Assembly: GCA_943788175.1 (NCBI GenBank) | Contig: CALSPG010000008.1 | Coordinates: 61,227-125,226, forward strand | DNA: 64,000 nucleotides | From: an uncultured bacterium | GTDB taxonomy: Bacteria > Fidelibacterota > Marinisomatia > Marinisomatales > UBA1611 | Reading direction: 5' to 3' | Part shown: piece after piece, positions 9,576-19,221 of the stretch | Layout: every line of letters begins with the position of its first letter | How positions within the stretch are numbered: position 1 is the stretch's first letter | Position numbers and translations under genes: made by a program | Notes under the pieces: generated by a model | Told to the model about the DNA's origin: nothing | Seen by the model: the letters and a program-made list of their open reading frames with translations, nothing else | The model's database searches: none

Positions 9576-11234
9576 GTGCTCAAATTAATTCCCATCCTTG
9601 TTATAATGTTTTTTTATGCCTGTGGGCCTGATTATGATTCTTCATTAGACCTCACAGGTCTGCAATTTGATGGTGTGGATGATTATGTTTTGATAGAGCA
9701 AAATGTTTTACCAGATTCAGGTGATTACACTATTTCTATTTGGGTAAAAGCTGATTCAAATAATTCGAGTGCGAGAACATTAATTTCTCAGAGTGATACA
9801 TCTGGGAATCCTTTCTTTTTTGGTTCTAATGCTGTTTCTGATACATCCGGCACTATTAAAATGAGCGAAGACTGGAGAACACTAAGTGATACGCCATTTT
9901 ACTTGGACGATAGATGGCATCTATATACAATAGTTAATGATGGAACCATTGGTGATTCTAGTGAAATAATTGACACCTCCTCTTTTTTCATTGATGGCGA
10001 AAAATCTTCACTAGTTATGGGGGTTGGTAAAGGATATCCGCTAGTTGAAAGATTTCTTATTGGTACCATGTGGGATAGCTCAGGAGAATTTTTCTCTGGT
10101 ACGATTGATGATATTGTAATTTGGGATCGTAAATTATCAGATGATGAAATTACTTCATTATACAATTCTGGTTTTGGCCTAGATCCAACTTTAGACACAC
10201 TAAATTACAAAAGTTCTGAAAATCTCATCGCTTTTTGGCCATTTAGTGAGGGTTTAGATAGCTCTATTACAGATTATAGTGGTAATGGATTTAATGGGCA
10301 AATATCGGGTGCTAGCTGGGTAAATATCAAATCTAAACTTAATCCTATTGTAGAAATACTAGCTGCAGAAGAAAAGCAGGATGTCTACCAAAAAGAATTA
10401 TGGGGAAAAATAACAGATAAGAATGGGAAATCACTTTATCAGGCTAATATTGTTTTGGCAGGTTTTCATAATGAAGAGTTTAAATGGAAAACAAATATCT
10501 TAACGAACAGGAGGGGTGACTATGAGATTAATGATTGTCAGCCCTGGAATAAATTCACTGTTTCATTGGACGGATACGAAACTCAAAATTTCTTGCCAGA
10601 AGATTCAATTTTTTTAAAAAGTCCGGTTGACTTTACATTAATTGAAAAAATTGAAGATGTTCCTTCTATTGATAGTACGATGTATGCTGAGATTTCCAAA
10701 GAGGCAGAAGAAAATTATGAAATGATCCAATATATGATAAATTCTGCAAAACAGAATCAGGTTATATCTATTCCTGAGGGAATTCACATCGTTTCAAAAC
10801 CTATCATTGTAAATAAAAAAGTAAATATTACTATACAGGGCATTCTTTCATCAGGCATAGTATTGATTGATAGTTACCAGCCTGTTTTCATAATTAATAA
10901 TTCATCAAACATTGTTCTTCAGCATCTTGTTCTTGGTCATGATATTTCTACAAAGGGGAATCATGATTCAGAGATTGTCAGAATTAATAATGGTAATAAT
11001 ATATATGTTAATAGTTGTGAAATTAGTGGGGATGCTGCTATAGGATTAAAGGCCGTTGGCGTAAAGAGTCTGACCATCTCTAGTTGCTTTGTACACGATA
11101 ATAGTTGGTTTGCATTTTCTTTTCAAAAATGCGACAATGTTACCATTGAAAACTCTCAATTAATTGACAATAAGGAAGTTTTGTATCAAAGGTCTTCTAA
11201 TGTCGTTCTTCATAGTAATATTGTTAAAGATTAG
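9576..11234 (+). CDS. Lipoprotein with LamG-like jellyroll, carboxypeptidase-regulatory-like domain and right-handed beta-helix
   Basis: GTG start, lipobox FFYAC; FDGVDDYV...FSGTIDDIVIWDRKLS; GKITDKNGKSL..ANI; beta-helix repeats such as NIYVNSCEI and LTISSCFVHDN. Confidence 0.8.
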   Translation: MLKLIPILVIMFFYACGPDYDSSLDLTGLQFDGVDDYVLIEQNVLPDSGDYTISIWVKADSNNSSARTLISQSDTSGNPFFFGSNAVSDTSGTIKMSEDWRTLSDTPFYLDDRWHLYTIVNDGTIGDSSEIIDTSSFFIDGEKSSLVMGVGKGYPLVERFLIGTMWDSSGEFFSGTIDDIVIWDRKLSDDEITSLYNSGFGLDPTLDTLNYKSSENLIAFWPFSEGLDSSITDYSGNGFNGQISGASWVNIKSKLNPIVEILAAEEKQDVYQKELWGKITDKNGKSLYQANIVLAGFHNEEFKWKTNILTNRRGDYEINDCQPWNKFTVSLDGYETQNFLPEDSIFLKSPVDFTLIEKIEDVPSIDSTMYAEISKEAEENYEMIQYMINSAKQNQVISIPEGIHIVSKPIIVNKKVNITIQGILSSGIVLIDSYQPVFIINNSSNIVLQHLVLGHDISTKGNHDSEIVRINNGNNIYVNSCEISGDAAIGLKAVGVKSLTISSCFVHDNSWFAFSFQKCDNVTIENSQLIDNKEVLYQRSSNVVLHSNIVKD

Positions 11235-11252
11235 ACTTTCTTAATATCTTTC

Positions 11253-11963
11253 ATGCAAACGAAAGAAAGAATATTATTTTTTATTTTACCCTCTTTTGCC
11301 ATTTGTGCCTTCATTATTTTTGTAATTATTGGAGCCTTGTCATACAAAGGAGGAAATAATTTAGATCAGAATTCAATTGGGTATTCTTTTGCTAATAACT
11401 ATCTTAGTGATTTGGGTAGACTGAAATCAGTTGCTGGTCATGTTAATTCAGTTCCTTTCTATTGTTTCAATGGTGGGCTCATAATGTTGAGTGTCGTTTT
11501 TTCACTTTATTTTTCATTTTTGCCATCTCTTTATGATGAAAGTATAAATGTACAAAACATATCTCGAGTCGGATCTATTTTTGGCTTTTTGGCGAGTCTT
11601 TGCTTTGCCGGAGTAGCATTTACACCTGCTGATTTATTATTAGAACCTCACATATTTTTCGCTGATTGGTTATTCCGATTAATGAACTTATCAATTATTT
11701 TTTATGCTATTTCTTACGTGATAATGGAAAAAAAATATTTCATTTTTTCCTTTATTTTTGGGCTTGTTGCATTATTTGTAAGCGCACACATAATACTGTC
11801 TGACTTTGGACTAGCAAAATTCTTTAATGAACCACATACCGTAAGGGTGCTGTCCCAGAAAGCTGCTTCAATTGCACTTCTTATCAGTGTCCCCTTAATG
11901 ACAATCTATAACCGGCAACGTTTAAAATCAGGCCCTGTAGTTCTTAAAATTTTATCTTTATAA
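11253..11963 (+). CDS. Membrane protein, DUF998-like
   Basis: YKGG....GYSFANNYLSDLG, GVAFTPAD...H; ~6 TM helices. Confidence 0.7.
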   Translation: MQTKERILFFILPSFAICAFIIFVIIGALSYKGGNNLDQNSIGYSFANNYLSDLGRLKSVAGHVNSVPFYCFNGGLIMLSVVFSLYFSFLPSLYDESINVQNISRVGSIFGFLASLCFAGVAFTPADLLLEPHIFFADWLFRLMNLSIIFYAISYVIMEKKYFIFSFIFGLVALFVSAHIILSDFGLAKFFNEPHTVRVLSQKAASIALLISVPLMTIYNRQRLKSGPVVLKILSL

Positions 11964-12007
11964 TAATAGATATAACATATTATCTAAAACATAAATAGGA
12001 GGCTGTA

Positions 12008-12292
12008 ATGAAACAGTATGCAATTGGATTTATTTCTGCAATTATGATATTTCTTGTGGTAATCGTATCAGCGGGATTTGCTCCCGCTCCAAATTTTGGT
12101 ATGGCAGGGAAATATCAAATTGATACATTGCTTATTAAGCAAGAGGATTATCTTGGAAATAAAAGTTATGAGGTCTTATATACCATTTTTGATACATCTA
12201 CTGGTGATATAAAGCAAACGAGAAGAGTCCCTCACAGTAATTATATAGCAAAAAAGATACAAAGACAAAAATCTGCATTTGATTATAAATAG
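12008..12292 (+). CDS. Small N-anchored hypothetical protein
   Basis: AGGAGG RBS; N-terminal hydrophobic helix; resembles the next gene. Confidence 0.75.
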   Translation: MKQYAIGFISAIMIFLVVIVSAGFAPAPNFGMAGKYQIDTLLIKQEDYLGNKSYEVLYTIFDTSTGDIKQTRRVPHSNYIAKKIQRQKSAFDYK

Positions 12293-12307
12293 ATAGAGGA
12301 GTTTATT

Positions 12308-12556
12308 ATGAAAAAGTATAGTATCGGAATATTAACAGGACTTATGCTTGGTATAGGGAGTGTGTTTTTTTTAGGATCGTCTACCATTAAACCTGGTGGA
12401 GATCGCTATGAGTATATAAGTGGTTCGACAGTAGATTTAAAAATCTTTGATAAACGTACGGGGAAAATGTTCGTTCGAGGTCGTGATTTTGTTACGGAAT
12501 ATGATATAATTAATGGTTATTATAGAGTTCAAACATTTACTTTATATGAAGAATAA
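12308..12556 (+). CDS. Small N-anchored hypothetical protein
   Basis: GAGGAG RBS; MKKYSIG... helix; IFDKRTG motif matching IFDTSTG upstream. Confidence 0.75.
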   Translation: MKKYSIGILTGLMLGIGSVFFLGSSTIKPGGDRYEYISGSTVDLKIFDKRTGKMFVRGRDFVTEYDIINGYYRVQTFTLYEE

Positions 12557-12572
12557 GTAGTATTTCTTACAA

Positions 12573-13520
12573 ATGATTAAACAAAACATAGATAGAGCAG
12601 CAGCAAGAATAAGTAAATACGTTCAAAAAACTCCATTTGAAAAATCTGAAATGATATCTAAGATGACTGGAGCTGAGGTTTGGCTAAAGATGGAAAATCA
12701 ACAGCACACAGGATCATTTAAGTTTAGAGGAGCAATGAATAAAATGCTTACTTTGAGCCAGCAGCAACTAGATTCAGGTATCTATGCTGCATCAACAGGC
12801 AATCATGGAGCAGCTGTTGCTTATGCTAGCCAGATTCTTAAAGTCCCTTGTATTGTTTATGTTCCAGAAAAATCTTCAGAAGCAAAATTAGCTAACATGA
12901 TGAGTTTTGGTGCTGAAATCAGAGTACATGGTGTAGATTGCATGGAAGGTGAGATAAAAGCTAGAGAAGTAGCAAGTAAAACGGGAGGAGTATACGTTTC
13001 TCCTTACAATGATGCTGAAATCGTTTACGGACAAGGTACTATTTCCGAAGAAATACAATCTCAATGCGACGGCCTTGACGCCATTATAGTTTCAGTTGGT
13101 GGTGGTGGGTTGATTAGCGGCGTAGGAGGTTACCTAAAATCAATTTGGCCTAATATTGAGGTAATAGCTGCTTCACCTGAGAATCATGCGGTAATGATAA
13201 AATCATTAGAGAAAGGGGAGATAGTTAAAATCAATCCAAAGCCCACAATTTCTGATGGAACAGCTGGCGGTGTTGAAGAAGGGTCAATTACGTTTGATCA
13301 TTGTCAAAATTTTGTAGATCACACGATATTACTGACTGAGCAAGAAATTGAAGAAGGTTTAATACATGTACTCGAAAAAGAACGAGTTTTAGTTGAAGGT
13401 GCTGCCGGTACATCAGTAGCTGCTTTGATTAAAATGCAAGACCAGTTAAAGGGGAAGAAAGTTGGAATTATCCTCTGTGGTAAAAATATTAGTGTTGATG
13501 TACTTAAAAGAATTTTATGA
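12573..13520 (+). CDS. PLP-dependent threonine/serine dehydratase (EutB-like)
   Basis: LKMENQQHTGSFKFRGA (PLP lysine), ASTGNHG, VSVGGGGLISG. Confidence 0.9.
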   Translation: MIKQNIDRAAARISKYVQKTPFEKSEMISKMTGAEVWLKMENQQHTGSFKFRGAMNKMLTLSQQQLDSGIYAASTGNHGAAVAYASQILKVPCIVYVPEKSSEAKLANMMSFGAEIRVHGVDCMEGEIKAREVASKTGGVYVSPYNDAEIVYGQGTISEEIQSQCDGLDAIIVSVGGGGLISGVGGYLKSIWPNIEVIAASPENHAVMIKSLEKGEIVKINPKPTISDGTAGGVEEGSITFDHCQNFVDHTILLTEQEIEEGLIHVLEKERVLVEGAAGTSVAALIKMQDQLKGKKVGIILCGKNISVDVLKRIL

Positions 13521-14476
13521 AAATCTATGGACTCGAAGACATTAAACGAGTCTTGCCACAAATTGACCTAACTCCAATAATTAAAGAAGGGTTTATGGCC
13601 TACTCATCAGGTCTTTCAGTTGTACCACCTGTTGGAGAATTATTATTTGAAGACCCTCCTGGTGACGTCCATATAAAATATGGTTATATTCAAAATGATG
13701 ATTATTATGTTATAAAAATAGCTTCAGGGTTTTACGGAAATCACGAATTAAATATACCGTCTAGTCAAGGTGGTATGATGATATTGTTTGATCAAAAAAC
13801 AGGTAAAGAGGTTGGTATCTTAATTGATCAATGCTATTTAACAAATGTAAGAACAGCCATAGCTGGAGCAATATGCGCAGAGTTATTTGCACCTTATAAT
13901 TTGAATTGTATTGGTGTTATAGGCACTGGAGTACAAGCTAGGATGCAAATTAGTTATTTGAGCAATCTCACCAATTGTAAAAAAATAAAAGTATGGGGTC
14001 GAGGAGGAAAAAGTGTTGAAAAATACATTGAAGAAATGTCTTTATTAGGATGGAATATTGAAAAAGCTCAAACAACAGATGAGATTGCTGCTACATGTGA
14101 TTTAATTATTACTGCAACGCCATCAAAAGAACCTCTTTTAAAAAGTAGAAACCTTAAAAAAGGAACTCATATTAATGCAATTGGCTCAGATTCTCCTGAA
14201 AAAAATGAAATTGATCACCAAATTTTTAAAATGACTGATTTAATAGTTGCAGATAGTATATCACAATGTTTGGAAAGAGGTGAAATTTCTCACGGGATCA
14301 AAGGAGGGTCAATTGAACAAAAAAATATTAAAGAATTGGGGTCTTTAATTGAAAGTAAAAGTGACCATCGTTGTCAAAGTAACCAAATCACTTTTGCTGA
14401 TTTAACTGGTGTTGCTGTTCAAGATATTCAAATTGCCAAAGCAGTATTTAACGCCTGTAAAAGGTTGGAAGTATGA
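13517..14476 (+). CDS. Ornithine cyclodeaminase/mu-crystallin family protein (EutC-like)
   Basis: LTNVRTAIAG, GTGVQA, HINAIGSD...KNE, ADLTGVAVQD. Confidence 0.92.
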   Translation: MKIYGLEDIKRVLPQIDLTPIIKEGFMAYSSGLSVVPPVGELLFEDPPGDVHIKYGYIQNDDYYVIKIASGFYGNHELNIPSSQGGMMILFDQKTGKEVGILIDQCYLTNVRTAIAGAICAELFAPYNLNCIGVIGTGVQARMQISYLSNLTNCKKIKVWGRGGKSVEKYIEEMSLLGWNIEKAQTTDEIAATCDLIITATPSKEPLLKSRNLKKGTHINAIGSDSPEKNEIDHQIFKMTDLIVADSISQCLERGEISHGIKGGSIEQKNIKELGSLIESKSDHRCQSNQITFADLTGVAVQDIQIAKAVFNACKRLEV

Positions 14477-15582
14477 AGTTTGAAGAATTTGAATTAGAAA
14501 GAAATCAATCTCTTTTTGAGCATAAAGTTGATTTTAATTTGTCAGAAAGTGGTTTACACCCCCTACCGTTAAAAGATATACTAACCAAGGAAGAGCAACG
14601 CAGTCTTTTAGATACTGAACTTATATATGGTTACACTAAAGGGACACCACTTCTTAGAGATAGAATAACGGGACTATATGAAGGCGCAAAACGCGAAAAT
14701 ATTTTAGCTACTTCAGGCTCAGCAGAAGCAAATTTCATAGCCATCATGACTACTTTGAATCCTGGTGATGAGCTTATTTATATGATCCCAAATTATTTGC
14801 AAATTCGAGGAATTGCTCGTAGTTGTGGAGTCAAGGTAATTGAGTTACCATTGCATGAAGAATTAGGATGGCAGTGGGACATTGATGAATTAAAGTCAAA
14901 AATTTCAAAAAAAACAAAAATGATTGCAGTTTGTCATCCAAATAATCCTACTGGTTCTATTGTTTCTGCAGATAACATGCGAAGTATAATAGAAATAGCT
15001 TCTGAAAATGATTGCTGGATATTATCTGATGAAGTATATAGAGGTGCAGAATTAAACGGAATAGAATCACCCTCTTTTTATGGCAGTTATGAAAAAACTA
15101 TAGTCAATGCTGGTTTATCAAAAGCATATAGATTACCAGGTCTCAGACTAGGTTGGACCGTGGGGCCTAGAGACTATATTAAAAAAGCTTGGGCTTTTCA
15201 TGATTACACATCTATAAGTGTTGCATATCATAGTGATTGGGTTGCTTCAAAAATTTTAGAGAAAGAAAGACGAAAAGCGATTCTAGACGGTACTAAAAAT
15301 CATCTAAATGAAAATATGAATACTCTCAGAGAGTGGGTTGATTCTTTAGATGGAAAATTGAGTATGAGTGTACCTCAAGCAGGTGCGATAGCTTTTGTTA
15401 GAATACATATGAATGAAAGTTCAAAAAAACTAACATATCATATAAGAGATAACTTTAGTGTCTTATTAACAGCGGGTGAATGGTTTGGGCTTGAAGGTTT
15501 TCTCAGGTTTGGATATGGTTCACCCAATCAATATTTATCAGCCGCTCTTGAAAGAATAGGCACATCATTAAAAAAAATATAA
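14473..15582 (+). CDS. Aminotransferase class I/II
   Basis: HPNNPTG, LSDEVY, GLSKAYRLPGLRLGW. Confidence 0.92.
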   Translation: MKFEEFELERNQSLFEHKVDFNLSESGLHPLPLKDILTKEEQRSLLDTELIYGYTKGTPLLRDRITGLYEGAKRENILATSGSAEANFIAIMTTLNPGDELIYMIPNYLQIRGIARSCGVKVIELPLHEELGWQWDIDELKSKISKKTKMIAVCHPNNPTGSIVSADNMRSIIEIASENDCWILSDEVYRGAELNGIESPSFYGSYEKTIVNAGLSKAYRLPGLRLGWTVGPRDYIKKAWAFHDYTSISVAYHSDWVASKILEKERRKAILDGTKNHLNENMNTLREWVDSLDGKLSMSVPQAGAIAFVRIHMNESSKKLTYHIRDNFSVLLTAGEWFGLEGFLRFGYGSPNQYLSAALERIGTSLKKI

Positions 15583-15591
15583 TCTTTTTAG

Positions 15592-16383
15592 TTAAAGAAT
15601 CTCAGGAACATAATTAAAATTAGATCTTTCTGGCCTTTCATAAGAATCTGAAGGCGCTCTATCAGGCAGCTCTACTTGCTCATGCTCTATGTCTTCATAA
15701 TTAATTTTACTAAGAATATGCGAAATGCAATTTATTCTTGATTTCTTTTTAATATCAGATTCTACAATATACCAGGGGGAAATATTGGTATCTGTGTGTT
15801 CAAGCATATTATCTTTTGCTTTAGAATAATCTTCCCACCTATTAATTGACTCTAAATCCATTGGGCTCAGTTTCCAGACTTTGGTAGGATCATTGATTCT
15901 ATCTTGAAAACGTTTTACCTGTTCATCTGCGCTAACAGAGAACCAATATTTTAAAAGGGTAATTCCAGAACCAATTAACATTCTTTCAAAGTCGGGAGCA
16001 GTTTGTAAAAACTCGATGTATTCTTTATCGCTGCAAAAGCCCATTACTTTCTCCACTCCTGCGCGGTTATACCAACTCCTATCAAAAAGAACAATTTCTC
16101 CTGCCGCTGGGAGGTGAGAAATATATCTTTGGAAATACCACTGGGTTTTTTCTCGATCCGAAGGCTTTGCTAAGGCAGCAACTTTGCAACTTCTAGGATT
16201 AAGGTTTTCAGTAATTCTTTTTATGGTACCACCTTTTCCAGCAGCATCTCTACCTTCAAAAAGGATAACTACTTTTTTATCATTCTCAATTACCCAATCC
16301 TGCATGTGAACAAGTTTAACTTGAAGCTCTTTAATTAGCTGGTTATATTTATTTTTAAATTCTTTTTTTTTGCTCATGATCAT
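15592..16383 (-). CDS. ppk2: Polyphosphate kinase 2
   Basis: FEGRDAAGKGGTI, QWYFQRY, FDRSWYNRAGVEKVMGFC, WKLSPMD. Confidence 0.96.
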   Translation of the reverse strand: MIMSKKKEFKNKYNQLIKELQVKLVHMQDWVIENDKKVVILFEGRDAAGKGGTIKRITENLNPRSCKVAALAKPSDREKTQWYFQRYISHLPAAGEIVLFDRSWYNRAGVEKVMGFCSDKEYIEFLQTAPDFERMLIGSGITLLKYWFSVSADEQVKRFQDRINDPTKVWKLSPMDLESINRWEDYSKAKDNMLEHTDTNISPWYIVESDIKKKSRINCISHILSKINYEDIEHEQVELPDRAPSDSYERPERSNFNYVPEIL

Positions 16384-16535
16384 TCCTAATTCATTAAAAA
16401 GTATAGTAAAAATATAATAGACCTTATTTAGTTGTTCAAATCCAATAATTATAAATAGATTTCAAATGCCCACTGCGGATATTTAGGGCTCCCACATACA
16501 ACTAAAAGTTTTAACTATTTAATTAGGGAAGCTCA

Positions 16536-17537
16536 ATGAAGAAGATATTATTTTTAGCTTTAGTTTATTTTATTCCAGTCAATGCCCAAAATAATCCATG
16601 CTATGATGACCTCTATTTATCCTTAAAAGCAAATGGACTCAATGCTATGACGACTAGAGAATATCATTATTTTACTCGCAAGGATGAAGAATGTTCTGAG
16701 TATAATACTTTCGATAAAAAGTACTATGACCAATTAAATGAGATGCAAAGTGAAATATATAGAATTGCAGAAAAAATTGGTGAACTAGATGAAGATATTA
16801 ACCTTGAAAATATTTATGGATTAGGTCGCCTGAAAGCTACAGATCCTGAGCTAAGAAGTCTTGCAATTATGCAATCAAAAGATGATGATATAAGAAATGA
16901 GTTTAATACTTTATTGGAGAAATTGATTGTTCTTAAAAAAGAAATAAAAGAAGAAAAAAAGGAAGATGTTGGGCCCACAGATTTAGTTGTTAATTCGCTC
17001 ACTGTAATTGATAGTTCAAATGGCGGTTACATTAGAACGATAAGTAAAGATGGTAAAAATACAGTTATGATTGGGAATCATCCTTCAGGTAGCGGAAGTG
17101 TAATTACTTATAACCGGGAAGGAGCCCCTTCTGTTAGAATTGGTTCAGATGGTAAATCTGATGGTTATATGAATGTAAAACGAAAATCAGGGAAAAATGC
17201 TCTATTTGTTGGTGTTGGTGATGATGGAAATAATGTTATTGTTACTTCAAACTCAAAAGGTAATCCATCGATTGTTGCAGGTGTAAATGATGATGATAAT
17301 GGATATTTAAAAACCATAAATAATCAAAATAATAGCTCAATAATCATTAGTTCTAAAAAAGATGGATCAGGTTATCTATCAACATTTAGCAATTCAGGTA
17401 AACGATCGTCTTTTATTTCATCAGATAGAAATGGTAATGGTATGATGGGGTTATATGATAAAGATCAGAAACTTCAATATTCTCAAAAAGGTATTAAGCC
17501 GGTTATAAATGAAATACCTGAAGACAAGAAAAAATAA
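16536..17537 (+). CDS. Exported hypothetical protein with coiled-coil region and ~23-aa beta repeats
   Basis: Signal peptide (VNA/Q); C-terminal repeats of pattern G.l.t....Gk..v.ig....G. Confidence 0.75.
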   Translation: MKKILFLALVYFIPVNAQNNPCYDDLYLSLKANGLNAMTTREYHYFTRKDEECSEYNTFDKKYYDQLNEMQSEIYRIAEKIGELDEDINLENIYGLGRLKATDPELRSLAIMQSKDDDIRNEFNTLLEKLIVLKKEIKEEKKEDVGPTDLVVNSLTVIDSSNGGYIRTISKDGKNTVMIGNHPSGSGSVITYNREGAPSVRIGSDGKSDGYMNVKRKSGKNALFVGVGDDGNNVIVTSNSKGNPSIVAGVNDDDNGYLKTINNQNNSSIIISSKKDGSGYLSTFSNSGKRSSFISSDRNGNGMMGLYDKDQKLQYSQKGIKPVINEIPEDKKK

Positions 17538-17570
17538 TCTTACTTTTAAGATAAATCATTGAGGGCCTAA

Positions 17571-18611
17571 ATGCATACAATCGATTTACGTAGCGATACC
17601 GTAACCCTTCCGACAAAAGAAATGCGAGAAGCAATTTCAAATGCAGAATTAGGTGATGATGTGTTTCAAGAAGATCCTACGATTAATAACTTAGAAAAGT
17701 TAGCAGCAAAAAAATTCAATAAAGAAGCAGCTATATTTTTACCTAGTGGAACGATGGCCAACCTTGTTGCCGTTCTTACTCATTGCAATCGTGGTGACGA
17801 GGTTATTTTAGGTGACCAATCGCATACTTTTTTGTATGAAGCTGGGGGTATATCTTCTTTTGGAGGTGTTCATTCCAGGCAATTAAAAAACCATAATGAT
17901 GGAACAATAAGTTTAAATGATATTAAAAATGCAATAAGAAAAAAGGACGTTCATTTTCCACCATCCCGTCTTATATGTTTAGAAAATACTCACAACAGAT
18001 GTTTTGGCATGCCTCTAGAAATTAATTATACAAACGCGGTAGTAGATATAGCAAAAAATAATAATATGTCTGTACATGTAGATGGTGCAAGAATTTTTAA
18101 TGCAGCTGTCGCAACTGGTTCTACCGTTGCAGACTTAACGAAAAATGTTGATACTGTATCTTTTTGTCTTTCTAAAGGATTATCTGCGCCCTCTGGTTCA
18201 TTACTTTGTGGGGATAAAAATTTTATTCATAGAGCTCGATTTAATCGTAAAGCTCTTGGAGGCGGCATGAGACAAGCTGGGATATTAGCTGCAGCTGGTA
18301 TTGTTGCTATTGATATTATGTCTGAAAAAATCATTGAAGATCATCTGAATGCAAAAGCTCTTGCAGGCGGGATAGCTAAAATCGATGGCATTATTATTGA
18401 AACAGAAAAGATAAATACAAATATTATATACTTCAAACTTGATCATCCAAAAGTAAATAGTGAATTACTTTTAGAGACTATGGGTAAAAAAAACATACGA
18501 TTTTTTGAATTGGGTCCTAATTGGTTTAGGCTTGTAACGCATTCTGGTATAAGTAAAGAAAACATTGATTATGTAATAGGTGAGTTTGATAGCTTTTTTT
18601 CTCAAGCTTGA
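17571..18611 (+). CDS. ltaE: Low-specificity L-threonine aldolase
   Basis: IDLRSDTVT.PT, SGTMAN, LENTHN, HVDGARIFNA, CLSKGLSAP.GS, GGGMRQAG. Confidence 0.96.
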   Translation: MHTIDLRSDTVTLPTKEMREAISNAELGDDVFQEDPTINNLEKLAAKKFNKEAAIFLPSGTMANLVAVLTHCNRGDEVILGDQSHTFLYEAGGISSFGGVHSRQLKNHNDGTISLNDIKNAIRKKDVHFPPSRLICLENTHNRCFGMPLEINYTNAVVDIAKNNNMSVHVDGARIFNAAVATGSTVADLTKNVDTVSFCLSKGLSAPSGSLLCGDKNFIHRARFNRKALGGGMRQAGILAAAGIVAIDIMSEKIIEDHLNAKALAGGIAKIDGIIIETEKINTNIIYFKLDHPKVNSELLLETMGKKNIRFFELGPNWFRLVTHSGISKENIDYVIGEFDSFFSQA

Positions 18612-19133
18612 ATGAAAGTATTAGATTTAAAACAAGCTAAAATTTCGATATTTTTTTTATCAGTCCTATTAACTGCCAATCTTAATGCCTCTGAAACTAG
18701 ATTCCCCAAAAATATTTCGGATATAAACGGAGATAAACTATCATTTTCAATCTTATCTAAAGATAAGATTGTTTGTTTAATTACAATCAAATCTATTACC
18801 TGCCCTATCTGCATTGAACAGCTAGAAAGAATTAAAACAAAAGTATTAGACTTTGAAAAATGTAATTTAACATTTCTTGTTCTAGCTCCAGGGCCTTTAA
18901 AGGGAATAAAGGCATTCGCAAAAAAAATGAAATTTCCCTTCCCTTTCATACAAGATAAAAACTTTTCTATCTCAAAAATATTTAGGTTGGCTAACCCTCC
19001 TTTTGAAATTATACCTGCTGTAATTTTATTTGAAAAAAATGGTTTTGTGAAATGGCGGCAATTAGGTCGAAGCTTTGATTATTTTAGTGATCAAGCACTT
19101 GAAGATTATCTTGATTGTGAAAATTGGATTTAA
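18612..19133 (+). CDS. Redoxin/AhpC-TSA-like thioredoxin-fold protein
   Basis: CPIC motif, FPFIQD, IPAVILFEKNG; signal-like N-terminus. Confidence 0.8.
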   Translation: MKVLDLKQAKISIFFLSVLLTANLNASETRFPKNISDINGDKLSFSILSKDKIVCLITIKSITCPICIEQLERIKTKVLDFEKCNLTFLVLAPGPLKGIKAFAKKMKFPFPFIQDKNFSISKIFRLANPPFEIIPAVILFEKNGFVKWRQLGRSFDYFSDQALEDYLDCENWI

Positions 19134-19221
19134 AAAATATTTACTAAGTGTAATTTGTATCATGACTTGGTACGATTAAGTTTGAGTTATATAGTTCTTC
19201 AAAATAAAAAAACTGATTTTT

